DNA of 34,356 nt from an uncultured bacterium (GCA_964400385.1 CAYNUZ010000003.1:1-34356); one strand, 5' to 3'. Counted from the stretch's first letter, positions 23,673-33,263 are shown. A program made the numbers and translations. Notes: generated by a model from the letters alone, not told the origin.

Positions 23673-24997
23673 CCACGGCCATCGACCCGGGCCTCGTCGC
23701 CGAGGTCACGGCGGCGGTGGAGAAGGCCCGGGACGAGATCATCCAGCTCGCCCGGTCGCTCGTCCGCATCCCCTCCGAAAACCTCCCGCCCACCGGCATG
23801 GAGCTGGGGGTCCAGAACCATGTCCAGGCCTTCCTCGAAACGGCCGGGATCCCCGTGGACCGGTTCACCCTCGAGGAGGCGGGCATCGCCTCCCACCCGG
23901 CGTTCATGCCCGGCCGCGAGTACGGCGCCAACCGGCCGGACGTTGTCGGCACCCTGAAGGGCTCCGGGGGCGGCCGGTCGCTGATCTTCTCGGGCCATGC
24001 CGACACCGTCCCCGTGGGCGGCGGCGCGTGGGCGCGGGACCCGTTTTCGGGCGATGTCGAGGACGGGAAGCTCCACGGCCGGGGGGCCTTCGACATGAAG
24101 GCGGGGCTGGCGGCCTCGCTGATGGCGGTCAAGCTGCTCAAGTCCATGCAGGCACCCCTCCGGGGCGATCTTCTCGTGGAGAGCGTCGTGGACGAGGAGT
24201 TCGCGGGCGGCCACGGGACGCTCGCGGCCCGGCTGCGCGGCCACCGCGCCGACGCCGCCGTCGTCGGGGAAAATTCCGGCATGACGATCTACCACGCCCA
24301 CCGGGGCTTCTTCCTCGTCCAGCTCACCGTGGAAGGCGCCGGCGGCATCGACTTCAACGTCGGCGCGGGCGAGCTGGCCAACCCGGTGGACCACGTGGGA
24401 CGGCTGATCGAGTGGATCAACGAGTACCGGCACGTCCGGCGCGAGCGGGCCGCCGTGCCCCCCGCCTACCGGGAGATGGCCGACCCGTCGCCGGTGCTGC
24501 TCACGCAGGTGAGCAGCGGCGACCTCGGGCCGACCCACCCGATCGCCGTCCCATCCCGGTGCACGCTGGAGGTCTATATCCAGACCATGCCCGGGGAGAC
24601 GCGGGAAGCGATCGAGCGGGAGTTCTTCGGCTTCCTGGATGCGCTGTGCCGCAAGGACCCGTACTTCGTGAAGCATCCCCTGGTGCGCCACTTCCCGTAC
24701 CGGTGGATTCCCGGCTCGGCGATCCCCGCCGACCACCCGCTGGTGGCCGCCGCCCGCGGGGCCGCGGGCGCGGTGGTGGGTCGCGACGTTCCGGCGCGGG
24801 CGGCCCCGTACCCGTGCGACCTGTACATCTTCAACGACCTCTTCCGGATCCCGGGCATCCTGCTGGGGCCCCGCGGCGACCACGCCCACGCCCCCGACGA
24901 GTATGTGCTGGTCGAGGACCTCATCGCCGTCACCCGGATTGACATGCTGACCGCGCTCTCGTGGTGCAACACTTCCTTGGTAGGATCGTCTGCATGA
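23669..24997 (+). CDS. M20-family metallohydrolase (ArgE/DapE/acylase-type deacylase)
   Basis: GHADTVP, GRGAFDMKAG and VVDEEFAGGHG motifs. The ATG overlaps the upstream stop (ATGA). Confidence 0.92.
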   Translation: MTTAIDPGLVAEVTAAVEKARDEIIQLARSLVRIPSENLPPTGMELGVQNHVQAFLETAGIPVDRFTLEEAGIASHPAFMPGREYGANRPDVVGTLKGSGGGRSLIFSGHADTVPVGGGAWARDPFSGDVEDGKLHGRGAFDMKAGLAASLMAVKLLKSMQAPLRGDLLVESVVDEEFAGGHGTLAARLRGHRADAAVVGENSGMTIYHAHRGFFLVQLTVEGAGGIDFNVGAGELANPVDHVGRLIEWINEYRHVRRERAAVPPAYREMADPSPVLLTQVSSGDLGPTHPIAVPSRCTLEVYIQTMPGETREAIEREFFGFLDALCRKDPYFVKHPLVRHFPYRWIPGSAIPADHPLVAAARGAAGAVVGRDVPARAAPYPCDLYIFNDLFRIPGILLGPRGDHAHAPDEYVLVEDLIAVTRIDMLTALSWCNTSLVGSSA

Positions 24998-25290
24998 GCA
25001 GGACGAACTGGGAGGCCATCGCGGCGACGCGCGAGTTCAAGCAGCTCGTGGCCGCCAAGGCCCGGTTCATCCTCCCGGCGACGCTCTTCTTCATCGTCTA
25101 TTACTTCGCCCTGCCCGTCCTCGTCGGATACTGGCCGGAGCTGATGAACCGGCCGGTGTGGGGGCCGCTGAATATCGCCTACCTCTTCGCGCTCTCCCAG
25201 TTCGTCATGGCCTGGGTGATCGCGGGCCTGTACATGGTGGCCGCGGCCCGGTTTGACGCCGGCGCCGCGCGCATCGTGAAGAGGGGCTGA
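24994..25290 (+). CDS. DUF485 (YjcH-like) small inner-membrane protein
   Basis: 98 aa, [11 protein letters not shown] followed by two TM helices; the usual partner gene immediately upstream of actP. The ATG overlaps the M20 stop (ATGA). Confidence 0.85.
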   Translation: MSRTNWEAIAATREFKQLVAAKARFILPATLFFIVYYFALPVLVGYWPELMNRPVWGPLNIAYLFALSQFVMAWVIAGLYMVAAARFDAGAARIVKRG

Positions 25291-25294
25291 CGCC

Positions 25295-26854
25295 GTGGCC
25301 CTGGCGATGTTCCTCGGCTTCATCGCGGTGACGCTCGGGATCACGTACTGGGCGTCCCGCCGGTCGGCGGGTTCCTCCCACTTCTTCGCCGCCGGCCGCC
25401 GCATCACGGGGTGGCAGAACGGGATCGCGGTGGCGGGCGACTACATGAGCGCGGCCTCGTTCCTCGGCATCGCGGGCCTGATCGCGTTCAACGGGTACGA
25501 CGGGTTCATGTACTCGGTGGGCTGGCTCGTGGCCTACCTCACGGTCCTGCTGGTCGTGGCCGAGCCGCTGCGCAACGCGGGCAAGTACACGATGGCCGAC
25601 GTGCTGGCGTACCGGCTCAAGCCCCGGCCGGTGCGGGCGATGGCGGCACTGGCCACGCTCACCGTCTGCATCTTCTACATGATTGCCCAGATGGTCGGCG
25701 CGGGGGCGCTGGTCTCCCTGCTGCTCAAGGACGCCGGGATCTCCTTCGAGGCGGCCGTGACCGGCGTCGGCGCGCTCATGATCGTCTACGTCGTCTTCGG
25801 CGGGATGCTGGCCACGACCTGGGTCCAGATCGTCAAGGCCGTCCTGCTCATGGCGGGGACGATCCTGCTCAGCCTGCTGGTCATGGCGCACTTCGACTGG
25901 AGCTTCGCGACGTTCTTCGACGCCGTCACCCACGTGACGTACCACGACCCCAAGGGCGCCGCCGTCACCCAGAACTTCCTGACGCCGGGGCTCAAGTACA
26001 AGCCGCCGTACGGCGCGCTGGACCTCATCTCGCTGGGGATCGCGCTGATCTTCGGCACCGCGGGGCTCCCCCACATCCTCGTCCGGTTCTACACGGTGCC
26101 GGACGCGAAGACGGCCCGGGTCAGCGTGGTCTGGGCGATGGGGATCATCGGGACCTTCTACATCCTGACGACCTTCCTCGGATTCGGGGCCGCCACCATC
26201 GTGGGCCGCGACTTCATCGCGAAGAACGGCGGCACCAACATGAGCGCGCCCCTCCTCGCCCAGGCGCTGGCCGGCGATGCGTTCTTCGCCTTCATCTCCG
26301 CGATCGCGTTCGCCACCATCCTGGCCGTGGTGGCGGGACTGACGATCAGCGCGTCCACCTCCTTCGCCCACGACTTCTGGACCAACGTGGTCCACCACGG
26401 CCGCGAGCGCCGGCACGGCGAGGAGGTCCTCGTCGCGCGGATCACGGCCTTCGCGGTCGGGGCGGCGGCCATCGCCGTCGCGATCCGGCTGGGGCCGACC
26501 GCCAACGTCGCCTTTCTCGTGGCGCTGGCCTTCGCCGTGGCGGCGTCGGCCAACCTCCCGGCGATCGTGCTTTCGCTGTACTGGAAGCGGTTCACCACCA
26601 CGGGCGCGGTCGCCGGCATGGCCACCGGACTGGCCGCGTCCATCGCCCTGATCCTGCTCGGACCGTCGGTCCGCGGCGCCGCCAATGCGGTGTTCCCGCT
26701 CGACAACCCGGGGATCGTCAGTGTGCCCCTCGGGTTCCTGGGGGCGTGGCTGGGGACCCTCCTGGGCCGGGAGCCGGGGGCCGAGGCGAAATTCGCTGAA
26801 TTGAGCGTCCGTTCCACGACCGGCCTCGGATCGGAACAAGCCACGCCGCACTGA
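25295..26854 (+). CDS. actP: cation/acetate symporter ActP (solute:sodium symporter family)
   Basis: Collinear with E. coli ActP as I recall it: [74 protein letters not shown], and C-terminus [13 protein letters not shown]. Confidence 0.9.
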   Translation: MALAMFLGFIAVTLGITYWASRRSAGSSHFFAAGRRITGWQNGIAVAGDYMSAASFLGIAGLIAFNGYDGFMYSVGWLVAYLTVLLVVAEPLRNAGKYTMADVLAYRLKPRPVRAMAALATLTVCIFYMIAQMVGAGALVSLLLKDAGISFEAAVTGVGALMIVYVVFGGMLATTWVQIVKAVLLMAGTILLSLLVMAHFDWSFATFFDAVTHVTYHDPKGAAVTQNFLTPGLKYKPPYGALDLISLGIALIFGTAGLPHILVRFYTVPDAKTARVSVVWAMGIIGTFYILTTFLGFGAATIVGRDFIAKNGGTNMSAPLLAQALAGDAFFAFISAIAFATILAVVAGLTISASTSFAHDFWTNVVHHGRERRHGEEVLVARITAFAVGAAAIAVAIRLGPTANVAFLVALAFAVAASANLPAIVLSLYWKRFTTTGAVAGMATGLAASIALILLGPSVRGAANAVFPLDNPGIVSVPLGFLGAWLGTLLGREPGAEAKFAELSVRSTTGLGSEQATPH

Positions 26855-26877
26855 TTTTCGGGAACCTGCGGGTCCCC

Positions 26878-26883
26878 TACAAT
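26878..26883 (+). promoter_or_regulatory. -10-like box TACAAT, 12 nt upstream of ATG 26896 (very short leader, no SD)
   Basis: Reads TACAAT gttctgaatcaa ATG, in the 41-bp gap after actP. Confidence 0.35.
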
Positions 26884-26895
26884 GTTCTGAATCAA

Positions 26896-27615
26896 ATGCC
26901 ACCCATCGTGTCCATCCGCAATGTCTCCAAGGATTACGCCCTCGGCGAAACCGTCGTCCACGCCCTCAAGGGGGTCACCTTCGACATCCAGTCCGGTGAG
27001 TTCCTCTCGATCGCCGGGCCGTCGGGCTCCGGCAAGACCACCCTGTTGAACCTCATCGGGTGTGTGGACCAGCCCACGTCCGGATCCGTGGTCGTCGCCG
27101 GGGAGGACGTGACGCAGCGCACCGAGCAGCAGCTCACCACGCTGCGGCTCACCCGGATCGGGTTCATCTTCCAGAGCTTCAACCTGATCCCGGTCCTGAC
27201 CGTCTTCCAGAACATCGAGCTGCCCCTCCTGCTCCAGCAGAAGCATGCCCCCGCCGAACGGCGCGCGCGTGTCATGGACCTGCTGGTGCAGGTCGGGATC
27301 GGGGAATACGCCGACCACCGGCCCAACGAGCTGTCCGGCGGCCAGCGGCAGCGCGTGGCCATCGCCCGCGCCCTGGTCACCCGGCCGGCGCTGGTGCTCG
27401 CGGACGAGCCCACGGCCAACCTGGATTCCGTGACGGGGCAGACCATCATCGACCTCATGAAGGACCTCAACCGCAAGGAGGGCACGACCTTCATCTTCTC
27501 GACCCACGACCACCGGGTGATGTCCCACGCCGCGGCGATCATCCGGCTGGCGGACGGCCAGTACGTGGACCGCGTGACCCCCGCCGAGGCCGGCATCACC
27601 TCCGCGTCGCACTGA
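26896..27615 (+). CDS. ABC transporter ATP-binding protein, LolD/MacB-NBD type
   Basis: GPSGSGKTT, FIFQSFNL, LSGGQRQRVAIARAL, LVLADEPTANLD, STHD. Confidence 0.95.
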   Translation: MPPIVSIRNVSKDYALGETVVHALKGVTFDIQSGEFLSIAGPSGSGKTTLLNLIGCVDQPTSGSVVVAGEDVTQRTEQQLTTLRLTRIGFIFQSFNLIPVLTVFQNIELPLLLQQKHAPAERRARVMDLLVQVGIGEYADHRPNELSGGQRQRVAIARALVTRPALVLADEPTANLDSVTGQTIIDLMKDLNRKEGTTFIFSTHDHRVMSHAAAIIRLADGQYVDRVTPAEAGITSASH

Positions 27616-27628
27616 ACGGCATCCCGCG

Positions 27629-29773
27629 ATGAAGCTCGACACGCTGGGATTGCTGGCCCGGATGGCCTACCGGAACCTGTTCGCCGCGCGGCTCAAGACT
27701 GCCATCGTCGGGTCCATCGTCTTCTTCGGCGCCCTCATCGTCGTACTGGGCCACTCGCTCCTGGATGCCGTGGACGCCGGGATGAGCCGGTCCATCATCG
27801 GCAGCGTCGCGGGCGACTGCCAGGTCTATTCGTCGAAATCCAAGGAGAAGCTCGAGCTGTGGGGCAGCTTCGGCGGGTTCCCGGACATCGCACCCGTCGA
27901 GGATTATTCCCGCATCAAGAAGACCCTGCTGGGCGTCCCGAACGTCAAGGACGTGGTGCCCATGGGGATCAACGGCGCGCTGGTGACCTCCGGCAACACG
28001 ATTGACCTCGCGCCCGAGAAGCTCCGCAACGCCGTCCGGGCGATGCAGCAGCACCCCGGGCCCGCCGCCCGCGCCGAGTACCAGTCCCGCAAGGCGCACG
28101 TCCGGCGGATCGTGGGGCTGCTCGAGAAGGACCTGGCGAACCTGCAGGAGATCTCCGGCGACGCCGCCGCCACGGCCGAGGCGCGGCGGGACGTGGCGCG
28201 GGCCAACGCGGACGGGTTCTGGGCCGGGTTCGACGCCGATCCCCTGGCCAAGCTGGAGATCCTCGAGAACAAGGTCGCCCCCCAGGCGCCCGACGCGGAC
28301 CTGCTCTGGATCTCGTACATCGGGACGGACCCGCAGCAGTTCACGAAGTCGTTCGACCGGATGGAGATCGTGGAGGGCACCCCGATCCCCCCCGGGAAGC
28401 GCGGGTTCCTCTTCGCCAAGTGGGGGTACGAGGAGAACTGCAAGCTCAAGATCGCCCGCCGGCTGGACAAGATCAAGACGGCGCTGGAGGCGGGAGGCAA
28501 GCGGATCGCCAAGGACGCGGAGCTGCAGCGGTTCGTCAAGGAGAACGTCGCGCAGGTCCACGAGATCCTCTACCAGCTCGACCCGCTCAAGGCGAAGACC
28601 GCCACGGAACGGCTCCAGAAGGCCCTCAAGGACCCCATCGGCGAGCTGGAGCCGATGCTGGCCACGCTGCTGACGGTGGACGACGCGAATTTCCAGGAGC
28701 GCTACGCCATCTTCTACCGGGACGTCGCGCCCCTGATCGAGCTGTACAAGATCCGCGTGGGCGACACGCTCACCATCAAGGCGTTCACCCGGAGCGGGTA
28801 CGTCCAGTCGGTGAACGTGAAGGTCTACGGCACCTTCCAGTTCAAGGGGCTCGAGACCTCGTCCCTGGCAGGGTCCGAAAACCTCATGGACCTGGTCTCC
28901 TTCCGCGAGCTGTACGGGTACCTCACCGCCGACAAGCTGGCCGAGATCGAGGCGATGAAGAAGGCCGCCGGGGCGAAGACGGTCTCGCGCGAGCACGCTG
29001 AGGCCGAACTCTTTGGTCGCGCGGACGCGCCCACGCAGACGACCGGGGGGTCGGGCAAGGCCGTCACGGCGGAAGCCACGCCCGGCATCATCAAGGTGCC
29101 GCCCCGCCTGACCGGCGAGGGCCGCGCCCTGCGGGACGCCGAGATCGCGGCCCGGGTCTACGGCCCCGCCGAGCTGGAGCACGGGGTGGTCCTGAACGCG
29201 GCGGTCCTCCTCAAGGACCCGCGGAAGCTGAAGGTGACGATGCGGGCCATCGCGGCCGCGGCGAAGCAGGACGGGCTGGACCTCAAGGTCGTCTCGTGGC
29301 AGGAGGCCGCCGGGTTCATGGGCCAGCTCGTGATGCTGATGCGGCTGGTCCTCTACGTCGCCGTCTCGTTCATCTTCCTGGTGGCGATCATCGTCCTCAA
29401 CAACTCCATGGTGATGGCGGCGCTGGAGCGGGTCAAGGACATCGGGACGCTGCGGGCGGTGGGGGCCCAGCGCCCGTTCATCTTCGCCATGATCCTGGTC
29501 GAGGCGGCGGTCATCGGCGTGCTGTTCGGCGGCGCCGGGGCGCTCGCGGGCGGGGCCCTCGTGGCGCTGATCGGCCACTGGGGGATCCCGGCGACCTCGG
29601 ACGTCATGTTCTTCTTCTTCTCCGGCCCGCGGCTGCGGCCGGTGCCCCAGCCGGTGGCGGTCGCCATCGCCGCGGTGATGGTCCTGGTGGTCAACGCCGT
29701 CTCGGCCGCCTATCCGGCCTGGATCGCCATGCGGGTGACGCCGCGGCAGGCCATGGCCGCGGGAGACGCCTGA
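27629..29773 (+). CDS. FtsX/MacB-type (type VII) ABC permease with ~517-aa extracytoplasmic domain
   Basis: N-terminal TM helix (AIVGSIVFFGALIVVLG), a long soluble region, then a C-terminal FtsX module (three TM helices; ERVKDIGTLRAVGAQRPFIF). Confidence 0.9.
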   Translation: MKLDTLGLLARMAYRNLFAARLKTAIVGSIVFFGALIVVLGHSLLDAVDAGMSRSIIGSVAGDCQVYSSKSKEKLELWGSFGGFPDIAPVEDYSRIKKTLLGVPNVKDVVPMGINGALVTSGNTIDLAPEKLRNAVRAMQQHPGPAARAEYQSRKAHVRRIVGLLEKDLANLQEISGDAAATAEARRDVARANADGFWAGFDADPLAKLEILENKVAPQAPDADLLWISYIGTDPQQFTKSFDRMEIVEGTPIPPGKRGFLFAKWGYEENCKLKIARRLDKIKTALEAGGKRIAKDAELQRFVKENVAQVHEILYQLDPLKAKTATERLQKALKDPIGELEPMLATLLTVDDANFQERYAIFYRDVAPLIELYKIRVGDTLTIKAFTRSGYVQSVNVKVYGTFQFKGLETSSLAGSENLMDLVSFRELYGYLTADKLAEIEAMKKAAGAKTVSREHAEAELFGRADAPTQTTGGSGKAVTAEATPGIIKVPPRLTGEGRALRDAEIAARVYGPAELEHGVVLNAAVLLKDPRKLKVTMRAIAAAAKQDGLDLKVVSWQEAAGFMGQLVMLMRLVLYVAVSFIFLVAIIVLNNSMVMAALERVKDIGTLRAVGAQRPFIFAMILVEAAVIGVLFGGAGALAGGALVALIGHWGIPATSDVMFFFFSGPRLRPVPQPVAVAIAAVMVLVVNAVSAAYPAWIAMRVTPRQAMAAGDA

Positions 29774-31086
29774 TGCTCGAAACCCTCCGCACCGACCTGT
29801 TGATCGCCGGGCGGAACCTCCTCCAGCACACCCGCCGGAACCTGTTCCTGGGCGGGGCGCTGGCGATGGTGACGCTGCTCTTCTGCCTGCTCAACGGCCT
29901 GTCCACCGGCGTCAAGGAGACGATGGTCCGCACGGCCACCACGCTCGAGACCGGCCACGTGAACGTGGGCGGATTCTTCAAGATCACCTCCGGCCAGTCC
30001 GCGCCCGTGGTCACCCACTACGCGAAGGTGCTGGAGGTCATCCGGAAGAATGTGCCGGAGCTCGACTATGTCAGCGTGCGCGGCCGGGGCTGGGCCAAGG
30101 CGGTCTCCGACACGGCGACCACGATGTCCGGCGTCGGCGGTATCGACATCACCCGCGAGCCGGGCTTCCGGAAGGTCGTGCAGGTGGAGTCCGGCTCCCT
30201 CGACGACCTCGCGCACCCCGGCACCCTGCTCCTCTTCCGGGTGCAGGCGGACAAGCTGGGGGTCAAGGTGGGCGACACCGTGACGCTCTCCGCCCCCACC
30301 AGCCGGGGGGTCAACAACGTGATCGACGTGCGGGTGGCCGCGATCGCGAAGAACGTGGGGCTGCTGGGCCAGTGGAACGTCTTCATCAACGACGCCTCGC
30401 TGCGCCAGCTCTACCAGCTCACCGACGACGCCACCAGCGTGCTGATGCTGCACCTCAAGGACATCCGCTCGATGGGCCCGGTGGCGGAGCGGCTGCGCAC
30501 CGTCCTGGCCAACGCCGGGTACCGGGTCATGGACCAGGATCCGGTCGTCTTCTGGATGAAGTTCGACAAGGTGAACCGGGAGTCGTGGACCGGGCAGAAG
30601 CTCGACATCACCACGTGGAAGGACGAGCTGTCCTTCTTCATGTGGGTCCTGACCGCGCTGGACGCGCTGACCGCGATCCTGATCACGATCCTCCTCATCA
30701 TCGTGGTCGTGGGCATCATGAACACCATGTGGATCGCGATCCGGGAACGGACCCGGGAGATCGGGACCCTGCGGGCGATCGGCATGCCGCGCGCGCAGGT
30801 GCTGCGGCTGTTCATGGCCGAGGCCCTGCTGCTGGGGCTCGCGGGCACCGCCGCCGGAGCCGTCCTGGCCGCGGTCCTCGGGGGCGCGGTGAACCTCGCG
30901 CACATCCCGGTTCCGGACGCCGTGCAGCTCTTCCTGATGTCGAACCACATCTATTTCGCGATCCATGCCGGCGGGCTCCTCCGGGCCGTGCTGGGCATCA
31001 CCTTCGTCACCACCCTGGCCGCGCTCTACCCGTCGCTGCGCGCGGCCCGGCTCCGACCGGTCACGGCGATGCAGCATGCGGGCTGA
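29773..31086 (+). CDS. FtsX/MacB-type ABC permease (LolC/LolE-sized)
   Basis: MLETLRTDLLIAGRNLLQHTRRNLFLGG, TM1, ~240-aa periplasmic domain, FtsX module (ERTREIGTLRAIGMPRAQV). TGATG start/stop overlap with the previous gene. Confidence 0.9.
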   Translation: MLETLRTDLLIAGRNLLQHTRRNLFLGGALAMVTLLFCLLNGLSTGVKETMVRTATTLETGHVNVGGFFKITSGQSAPVVTHYAKVLEVIRKNVPELDYVSVRGRGWAKAVSDTATTMSGVGGIDITREPGFRKVVQVESGSLDDLAHPGTLLLFRVQADKLGVKVGDTVTLSAPTSRGVNNVIDVRVAAIAKNVGLLGQWNVFINDASLRQLYQLTDDATSVLMLHLKDIRSMGPVAERLRTVLANAGYRVMDQDPVVFWMKFDKVNRESWTGQKLDITTWKDELSFFMWVLTALDALTAILITILLIIVVVGIMNTMWIAIRERTREIGTLRAIGMPRAQVLRLFMAEALLLGLAGTAAGAVLAAVLGGAVNLAHIPVPDAVQLFLMSNHIYFAIHAGGLLRAVLGITFVTTLAALYPSLRAARLRPVTAMQHAG

Positions 31087-31096
31087 GGGAGGCACC

Positions 31097-31876
31097 ATGA
31101 CCACCGTGCGGATCGCGATCGGGTGTGCGGGCTGGCTGGCGGCGGCCGCCGCGGGGGCCGCGCCCATGCCCCGAGACGAAATGGTGGGGCTCCTCAAGAC
31201 CATCGACGTCCGGCAGCGCAACTCCGGCGACTGGAAGTCCGTGGTGTACATGGAATCCAGGGAGCGGGACAAGACGGACACCGTCTACGAGATGCTGGTC
31301 TTCCGCCGCGACGCGGACCAGAAGCTGATGTTCCTGTTCTCGAAGCCCAAGGCCGAGGCCGGCAAGGGCTACCTGCGGCTCGAGAAGAACCTGTGGATGT
31401 ACGATCCCAAGGTCGGGAAGTGGGAGCGGCGGACGGAGCGGGAGCGCATCGGCGGGACGGACTCGCGGCGGGAGGACTTCGACCAGTCCAACCTCGCCGG
31501 CGAATACGATCCTTCCGACGGGGGGGAGGAGAAGCTCGGGGCCTTCACGGTGCGCCACCTCAAGCTCGCCGCGAAGCCGAACGTGGACGTGGCGTTTCCG
31601 CTCACGCAGCTCTGGATCGACACCGCGAGCGGCAATATCCTCAAGCGCCAGGACTTCGCCCTGTCGGGCCGGCTGATGCGGACCGACTATTACCCGAAGT
31701 GGAAGAAGGTCTTCAGCGAGTCCAAGGGCAGCGACATCTGGTATCCGCAGGAGATGTGGTTCTACGACGAGGTGGACAAGGCCAACTCGACCCACATCCT
31801 GATCCAGCAGATCGACCTGCACGCGCTCGAGGCCAACCTCTTCACCAAGGCCTGGCTGGAGAGCAAGAGCCGGTGA
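31097..31876 (+). CDS. secreted LolA-like protein (outer membrane lipoprotein-sorting protein family)
   Basis: Signal peptide, 259 aa. Family assignment is from memory of LolA_like/DUF1329-type proteins encoded next to FtsX or RND exporters (YLRLEKNLWMYDPKVGKW, TQLWIDTASGNILKRQDF). GAGGGAGG SD upstream. Confidence 0.75.
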   Translation: MTTVRIAIGCAGWLAAAAAGAAPMPRDEMVGLLKTIDVRQRNSGDWKSVVYMESRERDKTDTVYEMLVFRRDADQKLMFLFSKPKAEAGKGYLRLEKNLWMYDPKVGKWERRTERERIGGTDSRREDFDQSNLAGEYDPSDGGEEKLGAFTVRHLKLAAKPNVDVAFPLTQLWIDTASGNILKRQDFALSGRLMRTDYYPKWKKVFSESKGSDIWYPQEMWFYDEVDKANSTHILIQQIDLHALEANLFTKAWLESKSR

Positions 31877-33237
31877 TGTGGGCGGCGCTGGTCTTTGCGG
31901 CGGCGACCGCCGCCGCGGAGGCCCGCCAGGACGAGGGCGCGATGTTCGGGGCGACGGAGTCCTCCACCACCGGCGCCGCCGCGGTCGCGCCGGAGCCGGC
32001 GCCCCCTTCCCGGCCGGCCGACGCCGCCCCCGAGAATCCCCTGGCGATCGGCGGCCAGTTCTACCTGCGCGAAGCGGTCACGGCGAGCCGGCACCTCGGG
32101 GCGGCGGCGTGGGCCAACACCGCCCCGCTCCTCGCCGACGGCTGGTTCGACGCCCGGCCCAACCCGCGCGTCCGGACCATGCTCCTCGCCCGGATGTCCT
32201 TCGATCCGACGGTCCCGCCCTCGACCACCACGTTCCTGGGGCCGACCCCGTCCGGGGGACCCTCCGTCGCGCTGGACCAGGCGTGGGTCAACTTCGACGT
32301 CGGCCATGTCGCCTTCGTGACCGCCGGCCGGCAGCACGTCAAATGGGGCGTGTCCCGGTTCTGGAACCCCAACGACCTGCTGCATGCCACCCGCCGCGAT
32401 GCGCTCGCCCAGTTCGACGCACGCACCGGCGAGACCCTCCTCAAGGTCCACGTGCCGTGGGAGCGGGAGGGCTGGAACTTCTACGCCATCCAGCTCCTGG
32501 AAAGCCTGGACCACGCCGCCCAGGTGGGCCGGATCGGCGGGGCGGCCCGGGCGGAGGTGGTGGCGGGGCCGGGCGAGCTGGGACTCGATACCCTGGTGCA
32601 GCGCGGCTTCCGGCCGCGCGCGGGCGCCGACCTGTCCGCCGGCGTGGGCCCGGTGGATGTCTACGCCGAGGGGGTGCTCCAGCAGGGCACCGACCGGCCG
32701 TTGTGGCGCCGCGCAGCCGTCCAGCCCCCGTTCGGGACCGCGCTGGAAACCTATACGCCGGACAAGCTGGTCGGTTCCGTCTCCGGCGGCCTCACCTGGG
32801 CGTTCAACATCACGGATCGCGACGCGATGACGCTGGGGGCCGAGTACTTCTACAATCCCGCCGGGTACACCGACAAGGCCATCTATCCGTGGCTCGTCTT
32901 CCAGGGCTCCTTCGCCCCGTTCTACGTCGCCCGCGACTACGCCGCGGCGTACGTCTTCTTCACGGTGCCCGGCACCAACGGCAACCAGACGCTCACGCTC
33001 TCCAACCTCGCCAACGTCTCGGACCGGACGGCGGTCGGCCGGGTGGACTGGACGATCCTGGCGCTCACCCACCTGCGTATCGAGGCCTTCGCGGCGGGCC
33101 GCTACGGCGCCCCCGGCGGCGAATTCCGGTTCGCCCTGGACCTGGCCCCGCAGGTGATCAACGGGATTCCCATTCCCGCGCTGCACGTCCCCCCGCCGCT
33201 GGCCGAGGCGGGCGCGGCCCTCCGCGTCAGCTTCTGA
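31876..33237 (+). CDS. putative outer-membrane beta-barrel protein (family unassigned)
   Basis: Signal peptide MWAALVFAAATAAAEA, alternating-hydrophobicity segments, and a C-terminal ...ALRVSF ending in Phe. The ATG overlaps the upstream TGA. Confidence 0.7.
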   Translation: MWAALVFAAATAAAEARQDEGAMFGATESSTTGAAAVAPEPAPPSRPADAAPENPLAIGGQFYLREAVTASRHLGAAAWANTAPLLADGWFDARPNPRVRTMLLARMSFDPTVPPSTTTFLGPTPSGGPSVALDQAWVNFDVGHVAFVTAGRQHVKWGVSRFWNPNDLLHATRRDALAQFDARTGETLLKVHVPWEREGWNFYAIQLLESLDHAAQVGRIGGAARAEVVAGPGELGLDTLVQRGFRPRAGADLSAGVGPVDVYAEGVLQQGTDRPLWRRAAVQPPFGTALETYTPDKLVGSVSGGLTWAFNITDRDAMTLGAEYFYNPAGYTDKAIYPWLVFQGSFAPFYVARDYAAAYVFFTVPGTNGNQTLTLSNLANVSDRTAVGRVDWTILALTHLRIEAFAAGRYGAPGGEFRFALDLAPQVINGIPIPALHVPPPLAEAGAALRVSF

Positions 33238-33263
33238 CGCTCCCGCGGTTCCCGCCGGACTGA

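Noticed and set aside
31097-31170. Possible lipobox (IAIGC) making the LolA-like protein a lipoprotein.
   Set aside because: The Cys is only at residue 10, with no preceding hydrophobic core. A type-I signal peptide (cleavage after the AAAAAGAA stretch) fits better.
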